Source of the DNA: Clostridia bacterium
GTDB lineage: Bacteria > Bacillota > Clostridia > Monoglobales > Monoglobaceae
Direction: 5' to 3'
Assembly (NCBI GenBank): GCA_045591035.1
Contig: JAZNSG010000027.1
Location: forward strand, 20,871 to 84,870
Length of the DNA: 64,000 bases
Of this stretch, positions 44,491-54,390 are shown one piece after another (position 1 is the first letter of the stretch; every line of letters starts with the position of its first letter). The translations under genes and the position numbers were made by a program. The notes below the pieces were generated by a model that worked only from the letters and a program-made list of their open reading frames with translations, had not been told where the DNA came from and searched no databases.

Positions 44491-45621
44491 ATGGAAAACT
44501 CCGTTAAAGTTCTTCATACCGCTGATTTTCATCTTGGGGCATCCCGGGTAGGCGTCAGAAATGGAAAAAGCGAAATTGAAAACACTCTTCAAAAACTCAT
44601 AAGTGTTTGCAAAGACAAAGCTGTGGATTTTCTTCTTATAGCCGGAGACCTTTTTGACTCTCCCTTTGTAGACGACCCCTATGCTAAAAAAATTGCTGCT
44701 CTTTTCGCCCGGATTCCAAACACGACCATCGCTATCGCAACGGGAAACCACGACCCCTTTTGTGCGGGTTCGGTATATGCAAAAAATGAATTCCCCGAGA
44801 ATGTAGTGGTTTTTGGCGGGGAACTAAAATACATTGATTTCCCCGAAAAAGGGGTAAGGCTGTGGGGAGCAGGTTTCTCAGAGCGTTACACATACTCCCC
44901 TTTGTTGACTAATGACAAACACGACGATAAAGATTTCATTCAGCTTTGTGTTCTTCACGGAGAGCTGACATCGGAAGGCTCTGAATGTGTCTATAACCCA
45001 ATTTATCAATCTCAGATTGAAAATTGTGGTTTTGATTACCTTGCCCTCGGGCATATTCACAAACGAACCGAAATTAAAAAACTGGGGAACACCCACTTTT
45101 CATATTGTGGTTGCCCTGACGGAAAGGGCTTTGACGAAATTGGCAGTCTCGGTGTCTATATTGGTACGATTTCAAAAGAGAATTGCAACATGGAATATTA
45201 CGAAACATCATCCCGGAAATATATTATTGACAATATTGATATTTCAGAAATTGAAAACACTTTTGAACTGGCTGATAGAATAAAAAATCATATTGAAACT
45301 GTTTATGGAGATGCATCAGGAGACAATCTTTACCGCATAATTCTTCAGGGCAGCATTTCCCCCTCTTTTTCTGTGAACTTAAAGCAATTAGAAGACATAC
45401 TGTCTGAAGCTGCAAACTATATACGGATAATGGACAAAACCGAACCGGATATTTCCGATACAGAAAAAATAGCAACAGAAACATCACTTCGCGGTATATT
45501 TGCTAAAAAGATGCTTGAAAAAATTAAAAACACAGCTGAGTCCGAGCAACAAACTTACAAAAATGCACTCAAGTTCGGTCTCCAAGCATTTTCGAAAGGG
45601 GTGAAGCTTAATGATAATTAA
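44491..45621 (+). CDS. metallophosphoesterase, SbcD/Mre11-like DNA repair exonuclease (YhaO-like)
   Basis: 376 aa; HTADFHLG, AGDLFD, GNHD and GHIH calcineurin-like motifs. Confidence 0.8.
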   Translation: MENSVKVLHTADFHLGASRVGVRNGKSEIENTLQKLISVCKDKAVDFLLIAGDLFDSPFVDDPYAKKIAALFARIPNTTIAIATGNHDPFCAGSVYAKNEFPENVVVFGGELKYIDFPEKGVRLWGAGFSERYTYSPLLTNDKHDDKDFIQLCVLHGELTSEGSECVYNPIYQSQIENCGFDYLALGHIHKRTEIKKLGNTHFSYCGCPDGKGFDEIGSLGVYIGTISKENCNMEYYETSSRKYIIDNIDISEIENTFELADRIKNHIETVYGDASGDNLYRIILQGSISPSFSVNLKQLEDILSEAANYIRIMDKTEPDISDTEKIATETSLRGIFAKKMLEKIKNTAESEQQTYKNALKFGLQAFSKGVKLNDN

Positions 45622-48013
45622 AAAAGCTGACCTTGAAGGTTTTGGCAAATTCTCGGGCAAAAGCCTTGAGTTTAAGCCGGGATTCAATCTCATAAAAGGG
45701 AACAACGAAGACGGAAAAACCACATTTATGTCTTTTATTAAGATGCTTTTTTACAGCAGCTCCAGCAAAACCGAAGGTGGCTCGTCCGCTGACCTTTCAA
45801 AGTCTATGCGAAAAAAATATCGTCCCTGGAACGGCACACCTATGGGTGGGTCCTTGGAATTTGAGCAAGGCAAGACCCTTTGGCGTATTCAAAAGCAGTT
45901 TTTAAAATCGGCATCCAGTGACAAAACAAAAATATATTCAATAACTCATGGCGAAGAAAAATCCATTGAAAATCCAAATGAAGCGGGAGAATATTTTTTC
46001 GATATGGACCTGGGCGAGTTTGAGCGTAGCGTTTTTATCGGTCAATCAGGTGGCTTTTCCTCTGAAGCTTCAGCGGACAGCCTTGCTATGAGAATAGCAA
46101 ATCTCTCTGTTTCGGGTGATGAGAATGTTTCCCACGAAATGATAACAAAAAGGCTGAATGACGCTATTGAAGAACTTGTTTCAAAGCGTGAAACCAAGGG
46201 ATTGTTGATTGAAGCCAGAGACGAGCTTTCGTCCTTGAACTTAAAGCTTCAACAACTAAAGCATCAGGAAGATGCCCAAAGAGAGCTTTTTGAAAAAATC
46301 AAAGAAACTGAAAAAGAGATTTCACATATCGAAACGAAGCTCAAAGCCATTGAAAACTCAAAAAACCGCGAATATGCACAAAAAGAGCTTACAGCTTACT
46401 ATAACCTGAGCAACAAGATTAACCGTCTTTCAACTATTGACGGACAGTTTCTCAAATACAGTCTCCCCATACCGGAGCTGAAAAGTCTGGTGACTCAATG
46501 TGACGAGCTTGAAGAGAAAATTTCCCGTTGTCTTGAAGAAATTGAACGACTGTCCCTGCTTCAGCAAAATGCACCACTGACTCAAAGTGAATATGATTCC
46601 CTTGCAAAAGTGAATGAAGAAATATCCGCTTTGAAAGAAGATATCACCAAGCTTGACGATGTAATTTCCGAGTTGAATAATGAATTTGTTAAAAAAATGC
46701 AAAATGTAGAAAAATCTGCAAAACGGCTTCCTAAGATGCTACTCGGTTTATCTTTTGTTATTGCTCTTGGGTTTGCTGCATTGGGGCTTTCTTTGAGTCT
46801 TCCTGCACTTTATTTACCTGCCGGTGGATTGCTTGTTTTGGGTTTAATACTCTTTGCAATGTTAAGCAAAAATACAGAACACAAATCAAGTTCCAACCCA
46901 TCCGTTAGGTTAGCAAAGCAAAACCTTGAAGATGCAATTAAAGAGCTTTCTGGATATGAAGATAATATGGAAGATATGAGTTTTGACGAAATACGTTCAA
47001 GAATCCACTCAAAGCTCTCAGAAAAACAAGAAACTATATGTTTGGCGTTAGAAAAATTTGGTTGTGCTGATATGATAGAGCTATGCGAACTTACTAATGC
47101 AGCAAAAACCGATTCATTGACAGAGACAACAAATAAACTTGGACAGCTCCGTGAAGAATTTGTTTCTGTTATATCAAAAATATCGCCAAAGGCCACATAC
47201 CCCGCTGCTAAGGGTCTGTATCTTGAGATTACGGACAGCTTTAAAACAAGAAAAGAGACCATGAGCAGCATTGAAACGATTTGTGCCACAGCGGGAATAA
47301 CTGACACCTCATCAGAGTTTATCTCAAAACGAATCCTTGAACTTGCAGAAATTGTTGACGCCCCCGAAGATGTTTCCTCTAAGGATTATGACCGGACAGA
47401 CCTTGAAAGCAAACTCTCGGAACTTCGTAAAACTCTGAGTGAATACCAAAGACAAATTCTGCCTTCCCAATTCAGTGAGACCGAAATAGTTTCAAAAATT
47501 TCCGAGGCAGAGGATTTGACAGCTGCACTTGAAAGCAGACATGGTGAACTGAAAATTGCTGTCGAATTTATGGAAGACGCCATAAATGATGCAAATCGTG
47601 GTATAGGTTCACATCTCAGCGAAAAAACAAGCGAGTATCTCAATATGATGACCAACGGAAAGTACAGCAATGTGTCCGTTTCTCGTGATTTTAATGTAGA
47701 AACAAAATCCGGTGATGGCGAACCTTATCGGGAATGGAAGTTTATGAGCAGCGGCGCAATTGACCGGATATACCTTGCTCTTCGCCTTGCCGCAACAGAC
47801 ATTATCGCAAAGGACAACGAACCTCTTCCTTTGTTTTTGGATGATATTTTAGCTCAGTATGATGAAGAAAACTGCAAAGTCACATTGCTTTTCCTGAAAA
47901 AATATCTTGAAGACAGTGGTTCTGTCTCACAAATTCTGTTTTTTACTTGTCACGAACACATATCAAAACTTGTATTTGAATGTTTTGACAATATAAACCA
48001 AATTACACTATGA
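45611..48013 (+). CDS. SMC/Rad50-like AAA ATPase (YhaN-like) with central hydrophobic hairpin
   Basis: 800 aa; Walker A GNNEDGKTT, long coiled-coil arms, C-terminal signature and Walker B (LFLDDILAQYD). Two hydrophobic helices at about 46735-46866. Overlaps the upstream gene by 11 nt. Confidence 0.8.
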   Translation: MIIKKADLEGFGKFSGKSLEFKPGFNLIKGNNEDGKTTFMSFIKMLFYSSSSKTEGGSSADLSKSMRKKYRPWNGTPMGGSLEFEQGKTLWRIQKQFLKSASSDKTKIYSITHGEEKSIENPNEAGEYFFDMDLGEFERSVFIGQSGGFSSEASADSLAMRIANLSVSGDENVSHEMITKRLNDAIEELVSKRETKGLLIEARDELSSLNLKLQQLKHQEDAQRELFEKIKETEKEISHIETKLKAIENSKNREYAQKELTAYYNLSNKINRLSTIDGQFLKYSLPIPELKSLVTQCDELEEKISRCLEEIERLSLLQQNAPLTQSEYDSLAKVNEEISALKEDITKLDDVISELNNEFVKKMQNVEKSAKRLPKMLLGLSFVIALGFAALGLSLSLPALYLPAGGLLVLGLILFAMLSKNTEHKSSSNPSVRLAKQNLEDAIKELSGYEDNMEDMSFDEIRSRIHSKLSEKQETICLALEKFGCADMIELCELTNAAKTDSLTETTNKLGQLREEFVSVISKISPKATYPAAKGLYLEITDSFKTRKETMSSIETICATAGITDTSSEFISKRILELAEIVDAPEDVSSKDYDRTDLESKLSELRKTLSEYQRQILPSQFSETEIVSKISEAEDLTAALESRHGELKIAVEFMEDAINDANRGIGSHLSEKTSEYLNMMTNGKYSNVSVSRDFNVETKSGDGEPYREWKFMSSGAIDRIYLALRLAATDIIAKDNEPLPLFLDDILAQYDEENCKVTLLFLKKYLEDSGSVSQILFFTCHEHISKLVFECFDNINQITL

Positions 48014-48639
48014 AAGAAGAAAAAACCATGGCAATGACAATAACCTATGAGCTTGATGGCTCACTTTACGTAAACGTAACAAACCGATGCTGCAATGACT
48101 GTATTTTTTGTCTCAGGAATAATCACGACAGCGTAAACGGAGAAGATATTCTGTGGCTTGACCATGAACCCTCCGTTGAAGAAATAAAAGAAGATTTCAA
48201 AAAAAGAGATATGTCAAAGTACAAGCAGGTAGTCTTCTGTGGTTACGGTGAACCTCTGATGAGGTTTGATACATGCACAACCATAGCAAAATGGATAAGA
48301 GAAGCCTATCCCTTTGTCAAAATCAGAATTAACACCAACGGACTTGCAAATATGATTGAAAAGCGTGATGTGACTCCGGAATTTAAAGGAATTGTGGATT
48401 CAATTTCCATCAGTCTCAATGCCGCAACCCCGGAAAGATATGACGAGCTTTGTAAAAGTTGTTTTGGCTTAGATGCCTATGAAGGGCTATTGGACTTTGC
48501 CCAAAAAGCAAAAGCTTTCGTCCCGGAAGTCACTCTTTCTGTGGTAGACCACGACATAAGTGCCAAAGAAATCGAAAGCTGCCGACAGATCGTGGAAAGT
48601 CGGGGTCTAGGGTTCAGAGTTCGTGCATATATTGAATAA
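48010..48639 (+). CDS. small radical SAM protein (TatD-associated radical SAM family-like)
   Basis: 209 aa; VNVTNRCCNDCIFC contains CxxxCxxC. ATGA overlap with the ATPase stop. No SPASM domain. Confidence 0.7.
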   Translation: MKEEKTMAMTITYELDGSLYVNVTNRCCNDCIFCLRNNHDSVNGEDILWLDHEPSVEEIKEDFKKRDMSKYKQVVFCGYGEPLMRFDTCTTIAKWIREAYPFVKIRINTNGLANMIEKRDVTPEFKGIVDSISISLNAATPERYDELCKSCFGLDAYEGLLDFAQKAKAFVPEVTLSVVDHDISAKEIESCRQIVESRGLGFRVRAYIE

Positions 48640-48720
48640 AACCTTAAATACAATAATCTGTCATAAAAAAGACAACCTCTGTATAAGATGAAATATAAAC
48701 TCTTATACGGAGGTTGTCTT

Positions 48721-48987
48721 ATGTCCTTTGATGCTCTTTCAATCTCAGCTTACATTATAGGACTTGTTCTGGTTTATATCTTCTGCAGAATTTTTATCAG
48801 ACCTATTCGGTATCTGTTTAAAATTCTTGCAAAAAGTGTATTTGGCGGACTTGTCCTTTCTGCAATTAACTTTGTGGGAGGATTTGCCGGAATAATGGTC
48901 TCGGTTAACCCGTTTACAGCGTTTGTTTCCGGAGTTTTAGGTCTCCCCGGCATAGTCCTTGTCGTGTTGCTTCAGTACATCATTTAA
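48721..48987 (+). CDS. bofA: pro-sigma-K processing inhibitor BofA
   Basis: 88 aa, two TM helices. The C-terminal ...GVLGLPGIVLVVLLQYII closely parallels B. subtilis BofA. GGAGG lies 8 nt upstream of ATG 48721. Confidence 0.75.
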   Translation: MSFDALSISAYIIGLVLVYIFCRIFIRPIRYLFKILAKSVFGGLVLSAINFVGGFAGIMVSVNPFTAFVSGVLGLPGIVLVVLLQYII

Positions 48988-49014
48988 AAAAACGGGGCGC
49001 TGCCCCGTTTTTTA
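48986..49014. terminator. bidirectional terminator between bofA and nfnB
   Basis: AAAAAAACGGGGC-GCT-GCCCCGTTTTTT. Confidence 0.75.
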
Positions 49015-50403
49015 TTTGCTTTTCAAATATTCATCTATTGCTTTTGCCGCATTCTTTCCGGCACCCATAGCAAGTATTACAGTCGCCGCACCGGTAACAG
49101 CATCGCCACCTGCATAAACACCCTCTCTTGAAGTAAGGCCGCTTTCGTCCTTGGTGATAATGCATCCTCGTCTGTCAGTTTCAAGGCCCTCGGTTGTGCT
49201 TCTGATAAGTGGGTTGGGAGAAGTTCCGATTGACATAATTACTACATCAGTATCAAGAACAAACTCAGAGCCTTTAACCTCAACAGGTCTGCGTCTGCCC
49301 GACTCATCAGGCTCACCAAGTTCCATTTTTACGCACTTTATTCCCTTCACAAAACTATTCTCGTCACCAACAATTTCAACGGGATTGTTAAGGGTGAGAA
49401 ACTTTATGCCCTCTTCTTCTGCGTGTTCAACTTCTTCGCGACGTGCCGGCATTTCTTCCATAGAGCGGCGGTATACAATGTATGTATCATCCGCACCCAA
49501 ACGCTTAGCACATCTTGCCGCATCCATAGCGACGTTTCCTCCGCCTACAACCACAACGGATTTTGCTTTCATGATAGGCGTTGCTGAGTTATCCTTATAG
49601 GCTTTCATAAGGTTTGCTCTTGTCAAAAACTCATTGGCTGAGTAAACACCGTTAAGATTTTCGCCCGGTATATTCATAAACCTTGGAAGCCCCGCTCCCG
49701 AGCCAATAAATACTGCTTCAAAACCATCTTCAAACAGTTCATCTATTGTCAGAGTTTTTCCTATTACCGCGTTAGTTACAATCTCAACACCGATAGCCTT
49801 TAAGTTTTCAATTTCCTTTTTTACAATGTCTTTTGGGAGCCTGAACTCAGGTATTCCGTAAACCAAAACTCCACCGGCAACATGCAAAGCTTCAAAAACC
49901 GTTACGCTGTAGCCAAGCTTTGCCAAATCACCGGCACAGGTAAGACCTGACGGTCCCGAACCTATTACTGCAACTCTTTTTCCGCTTTTTACAATTTTTT
50001 CTGCGCTTTTTTTCTTTGCGGTTGCCATATGATAATCCGCCACAAAACGTTCAAGTCTGCCAATTGCAACCGGTTCACCTTTTATGCCTCTGACACACTT
50101 TCCCTCACACTGGTTTTCCTGAGGACAAACTCTGCCACAGACTGCAGGTAATGAACTTGACTTGTATATAATATCATAAGCTCCTTCAAAGTCACCCTGA
50201 GCAACCTTTGCGATAAATTCAGGTATATCAATTTGAACAGGGCAACCCGAAACACAAGGCTTGTTTTTACAGCTAAGGCAACGCTGAGCTTCGTCAATTG
50301 CCTGTTCTTCGGTATAACCAAGTGCAACCTCATTGAAATTTTTATTTCGTACATTTGCATCCTGAACGGGCATAACATTCTTTTTAGTTGACATATTAGG
50401 CAT
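49012..50403 (-). CDS. nfnB: NADH-dependent reduced ferredoxin:NADP oxidoreductase subunit B / GltD-like glutamate synthase small chain
   Basis: About 463 aa; two [4Fe-4S] Cys clusters (CLSCKNKPCVSGCP, CGRVCPQENQCEGKC) and two dinucleotide folds (VIGSGPSGL, VVVGGGNVAMD). Confidence 0.8.
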   Translation of the reverse strand: MPNMSTKKNVMPVQDANVRNKNFNEVALGYTEEQAIDEAQRCLSCKNKPCVSGCPVQIDIPEFIAKVAQGDFEGAYDIIYKSSSLPAVCGRVCPQENQCEGKCVRGIKGEPVAIGRLERFVADYHMATAKKKSAEKIVKSGKRVAVIGSGPSGLTCAGDLAKLGYSVTVFEALHVAGGVLVYGIPEFRLPKDIVKKEIENLKAIGVEIVTNAVIGKTLTIDELFEDGFEAVFIGSGAGLPRFMNIPGENLNGVYSANEFLTRANLMKAYKDNSATPIMKAKSVVVVGGGNVAMDAARCAKRLGADDTYIVYRRSMEEMPARREEVEHAEEEGIKFLTLNNPVEIVGDENSFVKGIKCVKMELGEPDESGRRRPVEVKGSEFVLDTDVVIMSIGTSPNPLIRSTTEGLETDRRGCIITKDESGLTSREGVYAGGDAVTGAATVILAMGAGKNAAKAIDEYLKSK

Positions 50404-51244
50404 TTTCAGATTCCTCCTTAAACAAGTTGCAGGCAGCCTCATAATTATGTCTCTCGGCTTCACGGTAAATAGATGCGCGTCTTATAGTTTCATCAAAATC
50501 AACCAGATGTCCGTCGAAATCCGGTCCGTCTACACAAGCAAACTTCATCTCACCGCCAACAGTCAGTCGACATCCGCCACACATACCGGTACCATCAATC
50601 ATAATAGGGTTCATGCTTACAGTGGTCTTTATACCCAACTCTTTAGTGAGCATCGACACAAACTTCATCATTACAAGTGGCCCTATGGCAATGACCTCGT
50701 CATACTTTTCGCCACTCTCAACCATTTTTTTCAGGGCATCAGTAACCAATCCCTTTTCTCCATAAGAGCCATCATCAGTCATAATAACAAGCTTGTCGGA
50801 AACAGAACTAAATTCTTTTTCCAATATAACAAGGTCTTTATTTCTGAATCCCACAATGGAATGTACCTCTGCACCATTTTCTTTAAGCGCCTTTGCGGTA
50901 GGGAAGGCAATTGCACAACCAACACCACCACCAATAACAGCAACTTTTTTCAATCCTTCCACCTTAGAGGGCTTTCCTAAAGGACCCACAAAATCGTGTA
51001 TGTATTCGCCCTGCTTCAAATGGTTCAGTTTTTCTGTTGTTGCGCCAACAACCTGAAAAATTATTGTGATAGTTCCGTCTTCTCTGTTATAGTCAGCAAT
51101 AGTGAGAGGGATTCTCTCACCTTCTTCATCAACCCGAAGTATAATAAACTGCCCTGCCTTTGCCTTTTTTGCTATCAGCGGAGCATCAACCTCCATTAAT
51201 GTAACAGTAGGATTAAGCGATTCCTTTTTTCTTATGTAAAACAT
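50396..51244 (-). CDS. nfnA: NfnA-like FAD/NAD-binding ferredoxin reductase subunit (sulfide/dihydroorotate dehydrogenase-like)
   Basis: 282 aa; RIPLTIAD FAD motif, GGGVGCA and a C-terminal CGGCR...C [2Fe-2S] motif. Overlaps the nfnB start. Confidence 0.8.
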   Translation of the reverse strand: MFYIRKKESLNPTVTLMEVDAPLIAKKAKAGQFIILRVDEEGERIPLTIADYNREDGTITIIFQVVGATTEKLNHLKQGEYIHDFVGPLGKPSKVEGLKKVAVIGGGVGCAIAFPTAKALKENGAEVHSIVGFRNKDLVILEKEFSSVSDKLVIMTDDGSYGEKGLVTDALKKMVESGEKYDEVIAIGPLVMMKFVSMLTKELGIKTTVSMNPIMIDGTGMCGGCRLTVGGEMKFACVDGPDFDGHLVDFDETIRRASIYREAERHNYEAACNLFKEESENA

Positions 51245-51322
51245 ATTAAATCCTCCCTAATATTCAGCAGTTACTCGAATATCATCACTCAAAAATGGGC
51301 ATCCAAACCCATATTAAAATTT

Positions 51323-51351
51323 ATTTTACCACATAATTCCCGGATAGTCAA
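51323..51351 (-). promoter_or_regulatory. putative promoter of nfnAB (TTGACT-17-TAAAAT)
   Basis: Minus strand reads TTGACT, a 17-nt spacer ending in TGG, then TAAAAT, about 80 nt upstream of the nfnA ATG. Confidence 0.45.
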
Positions 51352-51423
51352 CGAAAAGATTATTGATATTTTCTTGTCAAACGACTGATATCAACATTTT
51401 ATTTCTTTTTTACTACACAAATT

Positions 51424-53517
51424 TTAAAACCTGAAATTCACCTTGCCATCTTCAAGTACAAGGCAGGCAGAAAATTCCTTCCCGGTCTTTCTCGATACGA
51501 ATTTAGTTATCAGGGGAGTTTCCCCTTTTTCAAGAAGCAACCTGGCATTTTCAAAAGAAATCACTCTGCCGCATATCACGTTCCCAAATGAAAACTTGCA
51601 GCCATCTTTATAACCGCTGCAGCCATAGCCAAAACGGGTACGCTTTACTTCATTCCCGCAAAGGGGACACTTTCCCACAAAGTCTCCCGCAAACCCGTCA
51701 AAATTCGGGTCTTTTTCGTTTACGTTCTCAAAAACTGATGCAATTTCACCTTTCACCAGTTCAACAGCATCATCCACAGAGTTTTCTCCTCTGAAAACCT
51801 TTTTCAGTGCTACACCCATCTGGGATGTTTTGAACTTGTCCATGCTGATACTCATTCGGCTAAGCGACTCAACAAGATGTTCACCCGCTGGAAGTATGGA
51901 ATATGTATCCTTTTTGAGAAGTATGTACTCGCTTTTCCGAGCGTTATCAATAATACCCGTTCGAGTCGCCTCTGTTCCAAGTTCAAGGCCCTCAAACATA
52001 GCTTTGTATTCTTCTTCCTCAGTTTCCTTTTCCCCAAGTTGCTGTTTCTCATCCTTGAAAGGATTTTTAAGATAATTATTCAAGGTCTCAATGGTATAGT
52101 GCTTTGGCGGACTGGTCTCTTTTTCAACAGGGTGAAAATCTATGTTTACCTCATCACCCTTTTCAAGAGTGGGCAGAATTTTGTCCTTTTTCGTATAAGA
52201 ATCAAAGGCTGTCCAACCCGGCTTAGCTATAACCGTCCCCTTAAGTGAAAATTCCTCAAATTCACCAACCGAGACCGTTATTTCGGTTTTTTCGACTATA
52301 CATTCCTCAGCACAAAACACAGCGACAAACCGCCGCATTATGCTGCTGTATACTTTCATTTCATTTTCGCTCAACCGATTTTTATCAGGTATTTTGTATG
52401 TAGGCGTAAGAGCGGAATGGGACTCGATTTTTGAATCGTCAAAAATCCGCTTTTCATCCTTGAATTCCACAGGATATCCAAGTTCCTTCACCGACTGCAG
52501 TATGGTTTTTATTTTACCTTTTTCAGCAGTGGCAAGATACTCAGAATTTGTTCTCGGATATGTGACATAGCCTTTTTCATAAAGTCCCTGAAGTATTTCA
52601 AGGCTCTCTGCCATAGACATTTTAAAACGTTTACCAAGATAGTTCTGGAGCTTTGTCAAAGAATAAAGCTTTCCCGGACTCAGCTTGTCCTTCTTTTTCT
52701 TTTTTGCCGTAACTATTGCTTTTTCATTATTGTATTTATTGCAATGCTCTTTTGCCTTGTTAAGCTCTTCCTTTGAAAATTTTTGTTTGCTTGTAAGTTC
52801 AATCGTTTCGCCGCCAGTCTGGGCACTGCTGACAACAGCATAATAAACATCCGGAACAAAATTTCGGATTGCCATATCCCGGTCATAAATTGCTTTAACA
52901 ATGGGAACTATAACACGTCCCACACGAAGAAGCGTTCCCGACCTGAGCGTTGCATACCTGGTCAGATTTACGCCATAAAGCCAGTCTATGTAGGTTCGGG
53001 CATATCCCTCATTTGCCAGGTTGTCATATTCTGACTCGTCTTTGAGCGTTTCCAGAGCTTCCCTTACTGTTTGGGGAGTCTGGTCCGGAAGCCAGATTCT
53101 CTTCAGTTTCTTTTCTCCCAAAAGAGCCTTTTCAATACAGGTTCTGACAATTATTTCCCCCTCGCGGTCAGCATCCCCTGCATTCACAATTGTGTCTACA
53201 TCCTCACGGTTACAAAGAGCCTTTATAATGGAAAACTGCTTTTCAGCACCCTTATCTGTCTTGTGATTTGCATCTTTCTTGATTTCAAATTCAAACCGTT
53301 TCGGAAAACAAGGCAAATTACTCATTGTCCAGCGTGGTTTTTCTTCTGATTTGACGTCAGAATAGGCCTCAACATCTGCCAAAGAAAACAAATGACCAAA
53401 GGCCCAGGTTATAATGAAACCTCCGCCCTCAAAGTATCCGTCATATTTTGTCATTTTCCCTATTCCTGCCATAATATTTCTGGCAAGACTTGGTTTTTCA
53501 GCAATTATAAGTACCAT
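51424..53517 (-). CDS. topB: DNA topoisomerase III
   Basis: About 697 aa; MVLIIAEKPSLARNI Toprim start, GYVTYPRTNSEY active-site Tyr region, and a C-terminal zinc ribbon CPLCG...CSGYKDGC. Confidence 0.9.
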   Translation of the reverse strand: MVLIIAEKPSLARNIMAGIGKMTKYDGYFEGGGFIITWAFGHLFSLADVEAYSDVKSEEKPRWTMSNLPCFPKRFEFEIKKDANHKTDKGAEKQFSIIKALCNREDVDTIVNAGDADREGEIIVRTCIEKALLGEKKLKRIWLPDQTPQTVREALETLKDESEYDNLANEGYARTYIDWLYGVNLTRYATLRSGTLLRVGRVIVPIVKAIYDRDMAIRNFVPDVYYAVVSSAQTGGETIELTSKQKFSKEELNKAKEHCNKYNNEKAIVTAKKKKKDKLSPGKLYSLTKLQNYLGKRFKMSMAESLEILQGLYEKGYVTYPRTNSEYLATAEKGKIKTILQSVKELGYPVEFKDEKRIFDDSKIESHSALTPTYKIPDKNRLSENEMKVYSSIMRRFVAVFCAEECIVEKTEITVSVGEFEEFSLKGTVIAKPGWTAFDSYTKKDKILPTLEKGDEVNIDFHPVEKETSPPKHYTIETLNNYLKNPFKDEKQQLGEKETEEEEYKAMFEGLELGTEATRTGIIDNARKSEYILLKKDTYSILPAGEHLVESLSRMSISMDKFKTSQMGVALKKVFRGENSVDDAVELVKGEIASVFENVNEKDPNFDGFAGDFVGKCPLCGNEVKRTRFGYGCSGYKDGCKFSFGNVICGRVISFENARLLLEKGETPLITKFVSRKTGKEFSACLVLEDGKVNFRF

Positions 53518-53566
53518 CAAAAAAAACTCCTTGACCCCAACACGCAAAACAGCTTGTGCAAAACAA

Positions 53567-53596
53567 TATAAGGCTGCAAAATCTTACAGCCTTATA
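53567..53596 (-). terminator. possible terminator after the ruvX-DUF1292 unit
   Basis: TATAAGGCTG-N10-CAGCCTTATA followed on the minus strand by TTGTTTTG. Confidence 0.4.
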
Positions 53597-53607
53597 TATT
53601 TATTCAA

Positions 53608-53922
53608 CTAGTCCTCAAAATCAAAAAGGTCAGCATTTCTCTCCTTGAAAAGCTCATAAGCCTTGTCAAGAACTTCAAGGTCTTCCTCGGGAACAAGAAC
53701 GCTTTCTCCATCCTCTTCGCCGTCTATTTTAAGAATAATTACCTCATCAACCTCGTCATCCTCTTCTTCTTTGTAGGGAATGCAGATAACATAATCTGCT
53801 CCGTTTACCTGAACGGTGTCAAGGTGTTCAAAGGTCTGCTTGTTGCCCTCGTCATCAAAAAGGTCAACCAAAAAATTATCCTCATTTTCCATGTTTTCCA
53901 TATTATCAAATTTTTCTGTCAT
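53608..53922 (-). CDS. DUF1292 domain protein
   Basis: 104 aa, acidic; the ...DEGNKQTFEHLDTVQVNGADYVICIPY... pattern and its position after ruvX are typical for Firmicutes. Confidence 0.8.
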   Translation of the reverse strand: MTEKFDNMENMENEDNFLVDLFDDEGNKQTFEHLDTVQVNGADYVICIPYKEEEDDEVDEVIILKIDGEEDGESVLVPEEDLEVLDKAYELFKERNADLFDFED

Positions 53923-53949
53923 TTCAATTCTCCTTTACATTTTATTTAT

Positions 53950-54360
53950 TTAAATTTTATTACTGTCCAAATAAGCCTGAAGAATGAACGCCGCCGCAAT
54001 CTTGTCGACAGAATCTTTTCGTTTCTGTCCACGCACATTGGTTTCATTCATAAGGTTGTGAGCCGAAACAGTAGTAAGCCTTTCGTCCCACATAATCACT
54101 TCAATATCAATCATTTCACGAAGCAGTTTCGCAAAAGCTTTTGTTTTCTTTCCCCTGTCGCCAATACTTCCATTCATATTTTTCGGAAGACCCAAAACAA
54201 TCTTTTCAATTTCCAGTTCCTCAACAAGCTTCACCGTATGCTCAGCAACCTTAACCATGTTCTTTTCAGAAAAAGTCTCATAAGTCTTAGCAGCAAAACC
54301 TAAAGCGTCCGATACGGCATACCCCGTTCTGCTATCGCCAAAATCTACTCCCAAAACCAT
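53950..54360 (-). CDS. ruvX: Holliday junction resolvase-like RuvX (YqgF)
   Basis: 136 aa; MVLGVDFGDSRTGYAVSD start and ...DERLTTVSA... motif. Confidence 0.9.
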   Translation of the reverse strand: MVLGVDFGDSRTGYAVSDALGFAAKTYETFSEKNMVKVAEHTVKLVEELEIEKIVLGLPKNMNGSIGDRGKKTKAFAKLLREMIDIEVIMWDERLTTVSAHNLMNETNVRGQKRKDSVDKIAAAFILQAYLDSNKI

Positions 54361-54390
54361 ACCGCATCACCCCACTTTCACAGCAAAAGC

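Noticed and set aside
48010-48987. The small radical SAM gene followed by a small ORF, read as a RiPP maturase and precursor pair.
   Set aside because: The downstream small ORF is a clear BofA homologue (membrane protein), not a precursor peptide. The radical SAM protein lacks a SPASM or RRE region.
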